NCBI GenBank assembly: GCA_964016885.1
Contig: OZ024744.1
Location: forward strand, 96,596,001-96,660,000
Direction: 5' to 3'
Origin: Eledone cirrhosa
Taxonomy: Eukaryota
DNA length: 64,000 nucleotides
A program made the position numbers and the translations under genes. Each line of letters opens with the position of its first letter. Position 1 is the first letter of the stretch. Shown here one piece after another: positions 13,227 through 24,831 of this stretch. Below the pieces are notes generated by a model. The model did no database searches. It worked only from the letters and a program-made list of their open reading frames with translations, and was not told where the DNA came from.

Positions 13227-13345
13227 ACTTTGCCTTTCATCCTTACGGGGTCGATAAAATAAAGTACCAGTAACGTACTGGAGTCGATTTTAATCGACTT
13301 TCCCCTCCCCCCAAATTGCTGACCTTGTGCCTATAGTAGAAACCA
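12749..13345 (+). mobile_element. Cluster of four SINE copies separated by (ATT)n
   Basis: Repeated core ctttcatccttacggggtcgataaaataaagtaccag and tail gccttgtgcc..agaaac. 5'-truncated copies start directly after (ATT)n. Confidence 0.85.
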
Positions 13346-13359
13346 TTATTATTATTATT

Positions 13360-14168
13360 GTTTGTGTTTGTCCCCTTCAGTTTTATTTCTATTTCTTACC
13401 GAGTGTCATCCCGAGACCGAGGACAGAGAAACTCACAACATACATTGATCAGCCACAAAATAAATACCCCAAATTGTTGACGTCATGCACTTTACACAGT
13501 TACAAGTACATCATTAGTTTTATACTTGTACAACCTTATCTGTTTAAAATATATTTACAACAGATATTTCATCATATAAGAGTAATCGATTATTTACAAC
13601 TCACATAATTATAGAATACAATCTAATAAAGTTAAGTAAAAACAAAATTACATAGATGATTATCTTTCTTACAGAGATAGTGCTTTTGTCAATGGTGTGC
13701 TGTACCAGTTAAAATAATTTGTTACACTTCTTGCAACGATGATAAGCTAGGGATTATTCTAAAACTATTTTCTACTCCTTTTTTTTCATATCATTCCCAG
13801 TGCTCCTATAATCACTGATATTATAACTACCTTGAGGTACCACATTTTTTCAAATTCAATCTGCAAACCTTAGTATTTTCTGAGCTTGTCAAATTCTTTT
13901 GTCGTAGTATTGTGACCACATAAACAGACTTTGTTATTTTTCTTGAAGGACCTGTCTCTTCTGCACATGAAAGTTTAAAACAATCGCAACATTTCCTCTC
14001 TCAGTTACTGCCTCAGGGTGATGTGTGTACTACTTGTCAGCAGCTTTGATTTTATAATGCCGACATATTAACCAGTGTAGATATTGGTTAACTCTGTCAT
14101 GTCTAGATTTATACTCTCTTGGTGCTAAAACTTTACATCCACAGATTAAGTGGTCCACTGCTTCGATC

Positions 14169-14170
<2 letters not shown>
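13360..14170 (-). mobile_element. Degenerate 3' fragment of a third R4/Dong family (C)
   Basis: Minus strand reads EAVDHLICGCKVLAPREYKSRHDRVNQYLHWLIC ... KEFDKLRKY*GLQIEFEKMWYLKVVIISVIIGALGM, with stops. (ATT)n at both ends. Confidence 0.8.
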
Positions 14171-14206
<36 letters not shown>

Positions 14207-14208
<2 letters not shown>

Positions 14209-14480
14209 GGGGTCGATAAAATAAAGTACCAGTAATGTACTGGGTAATTGATGGCCTTGCGCCAAAAGTAGAAACAATTATTATTATTATTATTATATAA
14301 GGTAGGGGAAGTGGCAGTATCAGACAAACACGCTATATGGCATAGGGTTATGGCCTTTCAGATCAGAGTTCAAATCCTGCCGAGGTTAGATTTGCCTTTC
14401 ATCATTACGGGGTCGATAAAATAAAGTACCAATTATGCACTGGCTGATTCAATCGATTTTCCCCTAACCCCAAAATTCTT
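14207..14480 (+). mobile_element. Two SINE copies in (ATT)n
   Basis: Same core and tail as the other SINE copies. Confidence 0.8.
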
Positions 14481-14496
14481 TTTCTTGTTGCTGTTG

Positions 14497-14528
<32 letters not shown>

Positions 14529-14537
14529 GTTGTTATT

Positions 14538-17500
14538 CCTTGAATCTCAGTCATTGATGTTGGTTAACTGGAAAGTCCATTGGATTGAATATCAAGCCAC
14601 TACCTGCAGCCTCAGATATTCAGGACGTATCGGAGGGTTCTTGCTGTTCCCAGCAAGCATGCCTTTTGAAGCGTTCCAAAAAGCGTGAAGGGGCCGATTT
14701 TCTTTAACCATCCCTGGAAACTTTTGGAGATAGTCCCCAGTGCGCCTATGACAATCGGGATCACTTTGACTTCATGGCAGTTCCAGATCCTTTTCACCTC
14801 CCACTTTAGGTCCTGGTATCGGTTAATTTTCTCCCTCTCCTTCTCTTGCACTCTCGTATCGAACGGGCAGGCCACATCCACAATCAGACACGATCTTTTT
14901 TCTTTGTCCACAACCACCAGGTCAGGTCTATTGTGTTCCAGTTTTTTGTCCGTCTGTATCCTAAAATCCCACAGCACCTTCACCTGATTGTTCTCCATCA
15001 CCGCCTCTGGCCTATGCTCATACCATTTCTCAGAATGTGGTAAATTGTTTACTTTGCACAGGTGCCAGTGGATCACCCTGCCCATCACATCGTGTCTCCA
15101 GCCTTTATAGTGGGTCTGGGCTAGGTGTTTACACTCGGATAGAATGTGAGCCACAGTCTCCTCTCTCTCTCCACAGATCCTGCACAGTGGGCTAGCCTCC
15201 TCCTTGTAGATATGGTGCTTCAACCACTTCGTTTTGAGGGCCTGCTCCTGCGCAGCCATTAGAATTCCTTCTGTAGCCTTTTTGAGGTCTCCTCTTCTCA
15301 ACCAGTTCCATGTCTGTGGATCTCTAAATTCAGTTTTCTCAAAGAAGGTACTATGAAGGGATTTTCCCTTAAGGCTGCTCTTCCTCCTTGATGTTATTTC
15401 CTCCTTGGACATCCCCTGGCCTACTGTCCCCTCCTTCAGTACAGTTCTGAGCATTGGCTCCTTACTATAGGTCACGTATTTGTATAGGTTGTTTTTCTCC
15501 ATCTGAACACAGTCCTCTATGCTGATAAGACCTCTTCCACCCTCAGATCTCCTTAGGTAGAGTCTATCGACATCACTCCTCTTGTGGAACATGTTGTAGA
15601 TAGTCAATAGCTTCCTAGTCTTCCTATCCATTTCTTTTTGTTCAGCAACATTCCATCTCAGAATTCCCGCACTGTACCTAATAATAGACACAGCTCGGGA
15701 ATTTACTGCGCTTATGGCATTTCTGCTGTTCAGATGTGACTTCAATACGCTCCTTACTCTCCGAATGTATTCAGTTCTTAACAATTCCTTCATTTTTTTG
15801 TTCTTTATGCCATCAGCCTCCAGAACGCCCAAATACTTGTATCCTTCCTCAGAGTCAATTTCCTTTATCATCTCACCTGTTGGTATCTGGATCCCGTTAC
15901 TTCTGCTCAACCTACCCCTCTTCATCACAATGACTCCACATTTACCAATACCAAACTGCATACATATATCACTGCTGAAAATACGGACAGTGTCAACAAG
16001 CACATCCAACTCCTTCTCACTTTTCCCGAAGAGCTTAAGATCGTCCATGAAGAGGAGGTGATTGATGGTAAGCTCTCCCCTTCCCAACTTGTATCCTGCT
16101 CTCACTTTTCGCAGCATAATGGTCAAGGGCATCAGGGCAAGGACAAACAACAGAGGGGACAGGCTATCTCCCTGGAAGATACCTCTCTTGATCTTCACGC
16201 TTCCCAAGGATACTCCAGTTGATGTCAACTCTGTCTCCCAGGACCCCATACTCCTGCCTAGCAACTGTCTGATGTTATCTGCCACCTTGAAGATCTCCAG
16301 GCTTTTGATGATCCAGGAATGGGGCACCATGTCAAATGCCTTTCTGTAGTCTATCCATCCCATGGCAAGATCAGTGTGTCTCCTCCTGCAATTCCCCATT
16401 ACCATCTTATCAATAAGCAACTGGTCCTTTGTACCACGTGACTTCTTTCGGCATCCTTTCTGTTCGTCCAGTAACAAGTTGTTTGTGTGGAGGTGATGGT
16501 AGATTTCCTCAGACACAATGCTCGTCAACAGTTTCCACATTACGGACAGACATGTGATAGGTCTATAGTTGGTAACATCATTACCCTTGATTCGGTCTTT
16601 CATTATCAGAACTGTGGTACCTTTTGTCAACCACTCTGGCACCTCACCCGACACCAAGCAGTCATTGAACATGGCCGTCAGCTTCGGGTGGAGGGATGTT
16701 AAATGTTTAATCCAATACCCCTGCACACCATCTGGGCCTGGTGATTTCCAGTTGGTTAGTTTTTTGGCCTGCCCCTTAAGAGTTTCAACTGTGATACTCA
16801 ACTCAGTTTGTTGTTGTGCCTGCTCACCGATCTCCCTCTGTACTGTCTCAATCCACCCTGCCTGGGCATTGTGTCTAACATCCTGCTCCCATATTCCTCT
16901 CCAGAATGTTTTAGTTTGCTCCGCCCCAGGGATCAAGTCGTTGCCTCTTTCTTTCCCCTCAAGCTGTCCAAACAGCATCTTCTGGTTGTTGTCGAACATG
17001 CGGTTCTGTTTATACTGACTGACTCTGTTCTCGTATCGCCTGATTTTTGTACTCTTTGCTACAATGCGTTGCTTCAGTTCCTCTATGATAATATTTAGCT
17101 TTTTACTCCTAGTTTTGTATTTTATTTCCAGTCTATTTTTAGTGCCTATGTTTTTTAGTGTCCCATTCAGTAGTGACTCAAGCTTTCCTATGTCATTTCT
17201 CATTTCCCCGATTTGCCCACTCAGTCGCTTCTTCCACCACGGCTCTGCTCTTTCTTGTCTGTTGTTTCCTCTCGCTTTTATACCAAGTAGTTTCCTCACC
17301 GTATTTGCTGTTGCTTTGAGGATATTGTTGCACTGGTGAAGGCTCCTCGCCTCAAGGTATGGGATGACTTTGTTTACCTTAGCTGTTGTTTCTTTTAACT
17401 TTTTCCTGTCTACAAATCTTAGGTTCATAGGTCTCCCACTATCATTGTTCAATTCATCTACCACTAAATTTAGGATGTCAACCGAATCTTGTCCTAGCCC

Positions 17501-19026
17501 GTCAGCATTCATCTCCTCAGTGGCCGTATCTCTGTTCCAGGTATTATTTATCTCAGTATTCAGATCATTGTCTGCTTCGGGTGGTTCCTCCGTTCTCAGG
17601 ACCTCTTCACCTTCATTTCCTACTGACTCGCTTGTCTGGCATACTACACCCGCCATCTCCAAGCCATTCTCTCTGCTCAGTTCCTCCAGTTCCAGCTCGC
17701 TTATCCATCCATTAGTTCTTATTACCCGAGCCTGCCCGGCCAATTTTTGTTCATCTAATTTAAATAAACCAATCTCGTTCCAGATGTTATGCATCCGTCT
17801 CCTGTAGCCCCTCTCCTTGGGGTTACTTTTCAGGTAACATTGCATAACAGTTCTATTCAATTCTTTCGTCCAGTTGGTTCTGACCCCTTTCCTTCTTCTC
17901 CTTCCTCCAACATCAGCAGTATTTGGTTGACAGTCAGGTTCCTGCTGCTGAGCCAGGGGGCACCTGTTGGGTGAGAGTCTGTCACATGACGTTCTAGACT
18001 CCATTTCACCGTTATTCGAACTGTTTATGTTCGATATTTAAACACTCTTATCGAGGATTGGCGAATGTATGGTTACATATCCATCTGTGGGTCCGCCATT
18101 CCACTTGGCCCTTGTGTGGCATTATCACCACGCTGTATACGAACACACATAAACAAACAAACACACGGGCAGAAAGGGCCCCAAAAATGAATAAGCATAA
18201 GTTTCATTGTAATGTAGTGTTCGAATGTCTGACTTAGTTTTTGTTTTTTAAGTTTTAGTTTTTCCCCCCTCTTCTCTGTCCGTCCGCCTTCTTCTCTCTT
18301 CATTCTTATTTTCTTTACGTTTTTGGGGTTTCTTTTTTTGTTTTTGTTTTTCTCTGTTTGTTTTTCTCGTTTTTGCTGTTGTTGCTGTGCTGCTTTGGTT
18401 TTGTTGTTTGTTTTTTCTTTTTTCTTTTGAGTCTATCTATATATTTTGATGCCTTCCTCTTTGTTAGTAGTAGGAATTCTATAATGTGGAAGTAGCAGCC
18501 AGCAGGGAGAAGTGGGAGACTGGCGGCGGTAGCGATACTGAGACAGTGGTGGTGGTGATGTCGATACCGAGGCAGTGGTGGCGGTGATGTGACCGTATTA
18601 CTGTAGTGATGGTGCTGTAGCGGTGGCTGCAGTGAAGGAGTGAAGGGGTGGTGGCGGCGGTGATGGGATAATGGTGGTAATGATGGCCGTAGTGAGCGGT
18701 TGAAAATGCCGTTATCTGGCTGTTGTGTTTAGTGTACACAGATGATGGGGTGGGTGGTGTATCTAGTTTCTGGTGTTGGTGAGTTTGGCTGTCCTATATA
18801 GTGTAGACAGAGGAGAGGAGGGGGGGTTCTTCTTCCATTTATAGCCATTTTCTTTTTTGGATATACAGTGTACAATACAAAGTTGAATATTTGAATATTT
18901 GAGCCTTATAACAATATATTTTGGGTCTGGATTTTTTGGGGGCTCAAGCCGGGTGCGTTACGTAGCATTTGTACTAAGAGTTGGTATTTCACAAATGATT
19001 TAAATATGTTAAAAATTCAAAACTCA
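14538..19026 (-). mobile_element. Nearly full-length R4/Dong element, family A (A2)
   Basis: Intact ORF and a 5' UTR of about 1 kb lacking about 50 terminal nt relative to A3. (ATT)n at both ends. Confidence 0.95.
14612..18004 (-). CDS. RT-RLE polyprotein (1130 aa), R4/Dong clade
   Basis: Myb-like WTKELNRTVMQCY, KSPGPDG, YRPITCL, IFQGDSLSP, LFMDD, CRIC-x8-H-x4-C, RHD, RPDLVVVD..VDVACP. Confidence 0.95.
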   Translation of the reverse strand: MESRTSCDRLSPNRCPLAQQQEPDCQPNTADVGGRRRRKGVRTNWTKELNRTVMQCYLKSNPKERGYRRRMHNIWNEIGLFKLDEQKLAGQARVIRTNGWISELELEELSRENGLEMAGVVCQTSESVGNEGEEVLRTEEPPEADNDLNTEINNTWNRDTATEEMNADGLGQDSVDILNLVVDELNNDSGRPMNLRFVDRKKLKETTAKVNKVIPYLEARSLHQCNNILKATANTVRKLLGIKARGNNRQERAEPWWKKRLSGQIGEMRNDIGKLESLLNGTLKNIGTKNRLEIKYKTRSKKLNIIIEELKQRIVAKSTKIRRYENRVSQYKQNRMFDNNQKMLFGQLEGKERGNDLIPGAEQTKTFWRGIWEQDVRHNAQAGWIETVQREIGEQAQQQTELSITVETLKGQAKKLTNWKSPGPDGVQGYWIKHLTSLHPKLTAMFNDCLVSGEVPEWLTKGTTVLIMKDRIKGNDVTNYRPITCLSVMWKLLTSIVSEEIYHHLHTNNLLLDEQKGCRKKSRGTKDQLLIDKMVMGNCRRRHTDLAMGWIDYRKAFDMVPHSWIIKSLEIFKVADNIRQLLGRSMGSWETELTSTGVSLGSVKIKRGIFQGDSLSPLLFVLALMPLTIMLRKVRAGYKLGRGELTINHLLFMDDLKLFGKSEKELDVLVDTVRIFSSDICMQFGIGKCGVIVMKRGRLSRSNGIQIPTGEMIKEIDSEEGYKYLGVLEADGIKNKKMKELLRTEYIRRVRSVLKSHLNSRNAISAVNSRAVSIIRYSAGILRWNVAEQKEMDRKTRKLLTIYNMFHKRSDVDRLYLRRSEGGRGLISIEDCVQMEKNNLYKYVTYSKEPMLRTVLKEGTVGQGMSKEEITSRRKSSLKGKSLHSTFFEKTEFRDPQTWNWLRRGDLKKATEGILMAAQEQALKTKWLKHHIYKEEASPLCRICGEREETVAHILSECKHLAQTHYKGWRHDVMGRVIHWHLCKVNNLPHSEKWYEHRPEAVMENNQVKVLWDFRIQTDKKLEHNRPDLVVVDKEKRSCLIVDVACPFDTRVQEKEREKINRYQDLKWEVKRIWNCHEVKVIPIVIGALGTISKSFQGWLKKIGPFTLFGTLQKACLLGTARTLRYVLNI

Positions 19027-19065
<39 letters not shown>

Positions 19066-19279
19066 GAATGCCATGGTTGACGGAGGCTCGGCTCTGTAAG
19101 GTATAGTAATTTTTAACCGTTAAAACAATTGTAAATTGTTTAAAACTTGAACCAAATTGTTGATAAAGACACCCTCCTCCTCGTGAGAGGGGTCTTTCTG
19201 TCCGTTATTTGGCCCTTCGGGGTTAAATAACCAGTTATTGGGGTTTTGTACCCAATATTCATTTTAAACAAAAAACAAC

Positions 19280-21376
19280 ATGGCTACGAAAAAGAAATTT
19301 CATACGTCACTCCCACTCATTCCGTCTTCTTCTTCCTCAATCATCACTACAGCAGAGAGAAGATTGTCTCTCTCCCTCCCTTCTTTAAATGTGTCTCTCT
19401 CCCTCCCTTCTCTTTCGCAAGTGACGAAAGAAAAGAAAAGTCTCGTGCAAAGCGTGCAAGGTTTCTCCACGACGACGACGACAGCGACGAAACAGGTGTG
19501 CGGGAAATACGAAAACCCAGTTCATTCGTCTGACGTCAGGAATAATAGCAGTAGCAGCCGTAATAACAACAGCAACAGTGACAATGAAAACAACAGTAGC
19601 AGCCGCAACAGCATCACCAGCAGCATAAACAACAACAGCATTAGCAGCAGCAACACCAACAACAACCACAGCAACAGCGGCGGAGGCAGTAGTCGTAGTA
19701 CCTGCAGCAACAACAAAAGTACCAGCAGCTCTGACGACAACAACAACAGCAGAGAAAAACCAATCTCATTTGCAGGTATTGCGAAAAATTTGGAAACAAT
19801 CCTCATAACAAATGAGGAATTAGAGGAAGCGAAGAAGATGGTGACAAAGAACGGACACCGAGCAATCTGCAAGGCAGCGAAAAATTTTTTCGAAACCCAA
19901 GAGCACTGTACGGTCACGTACCGTACAGTAAGTACAAAATCCCGTAGGGTGGAAAGAGCCACAGAGGCCCAAATACAAAAAGCCTTGGGGTCTGTGTGGC
20001 AGCGGAAAACGCACATCACCCGAGGCAAAAAATATGCCACCGTAGACGTACTTTTTGCCACACCCCAGGAGGCAAAGGCCCAATCAGTAGTGACCCTAAG
20101 GAGCGAGGAAATGGTGTTGGTGCCCTCCTACTGTGGGCAAAAAATTGTGAGGGTCAAACTGACCCACGTCCCCCCCGGAATGACCCCTTCTTGGCTGGCC
20201 GCGTCTGTCCTCGTCGGAATCGAGGACAAAACAACTGTACTGCAAGTACAGAAAAAAGTAAGAGAAGATTGGGTCGGCTCCTCCATTGAGATGCTAATCC
20301 AAACCAACCAGGAGTGCATCGAAGCTATCCCGGATGTGATAGACTTCGATAACGGCACTCAACTGCCCATAAGTGTTGAGGGCAAACGCCCGAAATGCTT
20401 TCGCTGTGGATCGAAGACTCACCTCAGGGCCTTCTGCAACGAGAAGACCCTGAGAAAGGAGAAAACCCCCCTCCTTCCGAATCCGGCTCCACGGCTACCA
20501 GCAACAGGACAAGCGGCAACCAGGAACGATAGGCCCGTGGCACCCATACCCACTCCACGGAAATCAAAAACAGCAGCAGCAGTGGAAATACTAACAACAA
20601 CAACAGCAATACCAAATGCAGCTGCAACAGAGACTCCAGTGCAAACATCACCAACAACAACAAGTGAAAGAGTGGAGTTGGTACCCCTCCCCGACCTCAC
20701 AGAATCAGACATGGAGTGTGAGGTGGGAGAGAGATGGCAAAAGGTCGTAAGAAGGCACAAACGCAGAAGCAGCGCATCGTCGCCTTTGAAAAGTGAGGAA
20801 AGAAATGAGAAAAGGGTAAAGTCTACTGCAAAGAGACCCACAGCAGCAACAACACCAACACCATCACCACCCACACTAGCGCCACCATCACCACCGGCGA
20901 CAACCCCACCGCCAACAACACCTTCAACACCACCACCACAAGCACCAACATCGCAAACACAACAACAAAACACACACACCCAGCAACAACGACAAGAAAA
21001 TAGCAGAACCACACCCCACCCCCAGAAAAACAAATGCACGGCAATAAATACACACAACAAGAAACTAATGACTTACATAATTGAACACACAGACATTTCA
21101 CAACAGGACTACATAATACCAGCACCAATCAAAACGCCAACTAACATAAGACTGCTAAAAATAGCACAGAAACAATACACAAATATTAAAACGAAATTCC
21201 CCAACGCAGTTGGTGATTTCAGGGACCTAGGAGGAACCATCAATCGAAGAGTATACTCAGACATTCTCTTAGAAGAGCCGACGACCAGCCGAAGGGACGA
21301 TTCAACGGTCCCTTCACCAGACGATCAAGTGAAAAGGGATGTAAAAACCATCCCTCCTCTACCAAAAGTACGGTAA
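19280..21376 (+). CDS. Tx1 ORF1, gag-like nucleic-acid-binding protein (698 aa)
   Basis: CCHC knuckle CFRCGSKTHLRAFC, S/N- and T/P-rich linkers, located just upstream of the APE-RT ORF. Confidence 0.88.
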   Translation: MATKKKFHTSLPLIPSSSSSIITTAERRLSLSLPSLNVSLSLPSLSQVTKEKKSLVQSVQGFSTTTTTATKQVCGKYENPVHSSDVRNNSSSSRNNNSNSDNENNSSSRNSITSSINNNSISSSNTNNNHSNSGGGSSRSTCSNNKSTSSSDDNNNSREKPISFAGIAKNLETILITNEELEEAKKMVTKNGHRAICKAAKNFFETQEHCTVTYRTVSTKSRRVERATEAQIQKALGSVWQRKTHITRGKKYATVDVLFATPQEAKAQSVVTLRSEEMVLVPSYCGQKIVRVKLTHVPPGMTPSWLAASVLVGIEDKTTVLQVQKKVREDWVGSSIEMLIQTNQECIEAIPDVIDFDNGTQLPISVEGKRPKCFRCGSKTHLRAFCNEKTLRKEKTPLLPNPAPRLPATGQAATRNDRPVAPIPTPRKSKTAAAVEILTTTTAIPNAAATETPVQTSPTTTSERVELVPLPDLTESDMECEVGERWQKVVRRHKRRSSASSPLKSEERNEKRVKSTAKRPTAATTPTPSPPTLAPPSPPATTPPPTTPSTPPPQAPTSQTQQQNTHTQQQRQENSRTTPHPQKNKCTAINTHNKKLMTYIIEHTDISQQDYIIPAPIKTPTNIRLLKIAQKQYTNIKTKFPNAVGDFRDLGGTINRRVYSDILLEEPTTSRRDDSTVPSPDDQVKRDVKTIPPLPKVR

Positions 21377-21411
21377 GTGGTCTTTCCCATCTTTTCCACT
21401 CTATTTTAAAC

Positions 21412-24400
21412 ATGACCTCACTCAGAATAGGCAGCATAAATGCGCGTGGCTTGGGGTCGTCATGGAAGCAGGGTCACCTGCTCAACGACCTCAGGTCACT
21501 AAACATAGATGTAGTGGCCATCAGCGAGACCAGAATCTCCGAAGCACGGGCCTTCGCACCGATCTTCGGCGGCTTCGATGTGTACGCATCTCCCAGCCGT
21601 CCTGGATCCGGTGGAGGAGTTGCTGTGCTTTTTCGGAGAGGTTTGGATCTCGCCATACGGGCCATCTTCCTGGACCCAGAGGGTAAGCTGGTGGTGCTGG
21701 ACGTGACCAGCGGAGACGGGCAAGCTTTCAGGCTAGTGGCCGTCTATGCCCCGACAGGAGCAGGGCGGCCTGATTTCTTCCGGCGTCTGGAGACCTTTCT
21801 TGGAACGTCCCGCTCTTTAGTGTTAGTGGGCGACTGGAACGGGATCTTAGATGCACGCTGGGACTGTGTGGGATTAGCGGATAGGGGTGGAGGGTGCAAG
21901 AGCCTCACCAACCTGCTCAGGCGTTTTGAACTGTCTGACAGGTACCGATTGGATTTCCCGAATGTGCCAATGTGGACTTGGACAAACCGCATAGGGTCAT
22001 CCAGATCATATCTAGATAGAGTATTTTGTAGGGAAATAGACAGGTCTAGCATAGGCTGTCCACAATTCAAGATAGTCAGCTACACGGACCACAAATTCGT
22101 GACCTGTGTGCTTGACTTAGATAGGCTTCATAGACGAGGACCCGGCTACTGGAAGCTAAACGCGTCCTTACCAGCGCGCAAGGCCTACAGAGACCGGATT
22201 AGCGAACTAGTTAAGCGGGCGTTGACGGGGGCCATCGTCAACAACAAGTGGTGGTTTGCTCTGAAAAGAGCGATTAGAATAGAATCGATTAGGTTTAGTA
22301 AGGCTTTAGCAATAGAGAAAAATAGAGCAGAGGGAGAACTAGTTAGAAAATTAGACGAGGCGCTTAGCAAAGGCATTGCGACCGACGTGCTTGCGGCGAA
22401 ATTGGCCCTTGACCAATTCTTCAATGCAAAGCACGAAGGCTGCGTTGTCAGAGCTAGGGTGCGTGCTCTCAGACACGAGGGGACGAAAGCCGTTCAATGG
22501 GCCCGAGTGGCGGAGGCGCGTCGTGGCAACAAAGCCACGATCCGGTCTTTGGTGGACCACGACGGGCGCATGCTACTCGATCCCGGGCAAATGTGTGAAG
22601 CTTTTCAGCGACACTTCGCTCAGCTGTTCGGGGGCAGCGGGGGGCCGGGTAGAGGGATGGACTTTAGTGTCTACCTCGACGGACTGCCGCAGCTCTCGGC
22701 CACTGAGGCGAAGTGTTGCGAAAAGCCGATAACAGCCGCTGAAGTACGGGAGGCAATGACTGGCTGCACAAGGGGTAAATCGCCTGGTTTGGATGGTCTG
22801 CCCTATGAACTTTACGTACAGATGCCAGACTTGTTCGGAGGCCTCTTGGCGGACGTCTACTGCAACTGGCAACAGAACGGGAGAATTCCCAGTTCTGTGA
22901 GCCGAGGAGCGGTGGCACTGCTGAGAAAGGATCCGAACAAGGGGGATAACATAGACAATTTCCGGCCCATAACTCTGCTAAACACAGAGTTTAAGATTTT
23001 GGCCAAGGTGCTAGCAAAGAGGTTGGCGCTTGTCGTTGGTGGTCTGGTGGGAGAGGCGCAGACATGCGCCATTCCCGACAGATCCATCCACGACAACCTC
23101 CACCTCATGCGATACATCGTAGAGAGGGTAGCTAGGGAACCTGGCACGGGTGGGTCCTTGATCAATTTAGATCAGTCGAAAGCTTTCGATAGGGTCGACC
23201 ATCGTTACCTAGCGGCAGTCCTGAGGGCGGCTGGCTTTGGGCCCGTCTTCAGAGGCTGGATCGCTGCCATGCACAGCGACATCTGCTCTGTGGTGAGAGT
23301 GAACGGTCACCTGTCGGAACCGTTCAACATCATGCGCTCGGTCCGCCAAGGATGTCCCCTCTCGTCCCTCTTGTACGTATTGACTCTCGAGCCATTACTG
23401 CACAAACTGGAGACGTTGAGGGGAGTCCCGCGCGAACTAGGATGCGGAAGATCCGTGTCAGCATATGCGGACGATGTCACCGTAGTGGTGTCGAACGCCA
23501 AACACATCGAGGCGATCGGCACTACACTAAGAGAATACGAAGCGGTGACAGGAGCAATGATCAACCAGGAAAAGTCAGTGGGCCTGCAGCTCGGCACCTG
23601 GAGAGGCAGGTCCATGCCGTCCAACAGCGTCGTCGGGCGCTGGACGGACGGACCGGTTAAATTGCTAGGGGTCTGGTTCGGTCCGGACCTCCAGACGGAC
23701 AAAAACTGGGACGAGGTGACGAGCAGGGTGGCTTCTCTCACCCAGAAATGGGCGGAGAGGAAGCTATCCCTGAAAGGTCGAGCGGAGGTGGCTAACGCGT
23801 ACATCGCGTCTGTCATCTGCTACCGCCTAACCGTCGTACCTTGTCCTAAGCCTCGCCTGACTGCGCTGGAGCGTTTGCTCTTTCGCTTTTTGTGGAAGGG
23901 ACGTGCTCCGATGGTCAGGCGGTCCATCTGTTGTCAACACCCGCTACGTGGAGGGCTGGGCATGCCGTGGCTGATGATGCGCAGGCACGCGCTCAGGCTA
24001 CGACATCTCCACCTCTTCCTCGACGGTGATCAGGTGTGGTCGCCGTTTGCTAGACGCGTTTTTCCCCAGCTCGTTTCCTTGACGGAGCTGCAGTCCTGGG
24101 TCAAGCGAAGACCGAGAGGGAGCGCCTGGAGACTGGAATGTCTTCAGGCGCTCACAGCCCTCGACCAATCGGGCAATGTGATCGGTGGAAACTCCACCTC
24201 GGCGTTCTATAGAGGATTAGTGGAGGGGAAGAGCGACGACGTACTTGGGGAAACTCTAGGCGTCGACGAAAATCAACTAGCCAATCTCTTCGGAAGAACT
24301 TTCGGGCCAGGGCCTATGGACAACTTCCAGAAATCTCTGGCCTGGCAGTGCTACCGAGGAGCCTTGCCAGTTCGGGATAAACTCTACAGGCATGGAGGTG

Positions 24401-24831
24401 CCGTCAGCCGGGCATGTCCGAGATGCGCGCAGGGCGACGAAACCGTCCTGCACGCACTCGTCCAGTGTCCGAAAATTGCTGACTTGTGGGTTTATGTCGA
24501 ACACCTGCTGTCGCGTTTAGGACGGATCCAGCTATCATCTGAGTCTATCGTGAGGATTGCCCCGCCCTCCTCCTTTAGCCGGGAAGGGCAGGCAGTTTTT
24601 ATCTGTCTGGTGGCCATGGCGAAAGAGATAGTATGGTGGACACGTTTGAAAGGGCTGAAGACGAGCACTTACCTCTTCGGTGATGCTCTGATTGACTTTT
24701 TCAAATTTCATTTGAAAAGGAAAATCAGAGTAGAGAAGGAAGTGCTCTCTTCCCAGCATTTTGTTGAAAGATGGGTGAGAGAAGCAAGAATGGCCCGAGT
24801 GAATGGGCCGACTCTGAGTATATATCTGTAA
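21412..24831 (+). CDS. Tx1 ORF2, AP-endonuclease plus reverse transcriptase (1139 aa)
   Basis: SINARGL, ISET, VGDWNG, YLDR, YTDH (APE); KSPGLDGL, DQSKAFDRV, RQGCPLS, AYADD (RT); CPRC..HALVQC. Confidence 0.95.
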   Translation: MTSLRIGSINARGLGSSWKQGHLLNDLRSLNIDVVAISETRISEARAFAPIFGGFDVYASPSRPGSGGGVAVLFRRGLDLAIRAIFLDPEGKLVVLDVTSGDGQAFRLVAVYAPTGAGRPDFFRRLETFLGTSRSLVLVGDWNGILDARWDCVGLADRGGGCKSLTNLLRRFELSDRYRLDFPNVPMWTWTNRIGSSRSYLDRVFCREIDRSSIGCPQFKIVSYTDHKFVTCVLDLDRLHRRGPGYWKLNASLPARKAYRDRISELVKRALTGAIVNNKWWFALKRAIRIESIRFSKALAIEKNRAEGELVRKLDEALSKGIATDVLAAKLALDQFFNAKHEGCVVRARVRALRHEGTKAVQWARVAEARRGNKATIRSLVDHDGRMLLDPGQMCEAFQRHFAQLFGGSGGPGRGMDFSVYLDGLPQLSATEAKCCEKPITAAEVREAMTGCTRGKSPGLDGLPYELYVQMPDLFGGLLADVYCNWQQNGRIPSSVSRGAVALLRKDPNKGDNIDNFRPITLLNTEFKILAKVLAKRLALVVGGLVGEAQTCAIPDRSIHDNLHLMRYIVERVAREPGTGGSLINLDQSKAFDRVDHRYLAAVLRAAGFGPVFRGWIAAMHSDICSVVRVNGHLSEPFNIMRSVRQGCPLSSLLYVLTLEPLLHKLETLRGVPRELGCGRSVSAYADDVTVVVSNAKHIEAIGTTLREYEAVTGAMINQEKSVGLQLGTWRGRSMPSNSVVGRWTDGPVKLLGVWFGPDLQTDKNWDEVTSRVASLTQKWAERKLSLKGRAEVANAYIASVICYRLTVVPCPKPRLTALERLLFRFLWKGRAPMVRRSICCQHPLRGGLGMPWLMMRRHALRLRHLHLFLDGDQVWSPFARRVFPQLVSLTELQSWVKRRPRGSAWRLECLQALTALDQSGNVIGGNSTSAFYRGLVEGKSDDVLGETLGVDENQLANLFGRTFGPGPMDNFQKSLAWQCYRGALPVRDKLYRHGGAVSRACPRCAQGDETVLHALVQCPKIADLWVYVEHLLSRLGRIQLSSESIVRIAPPSSFSREGQAVFICLVAMAKEIVWWTRLKGLKTSTYLFGDALIDFFKFHLKRKIRVEKEVLSSQHFVERWVREARMARVNGPTLSIYL

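Noticed and set aside
18073-18303. 76-aa upstream ORF in A2 and A3 (28656-28886)
   Set aside because: It starts in A-rich low-complexity UTR, has no motif, and the copies are too similar for conservation to be informative.
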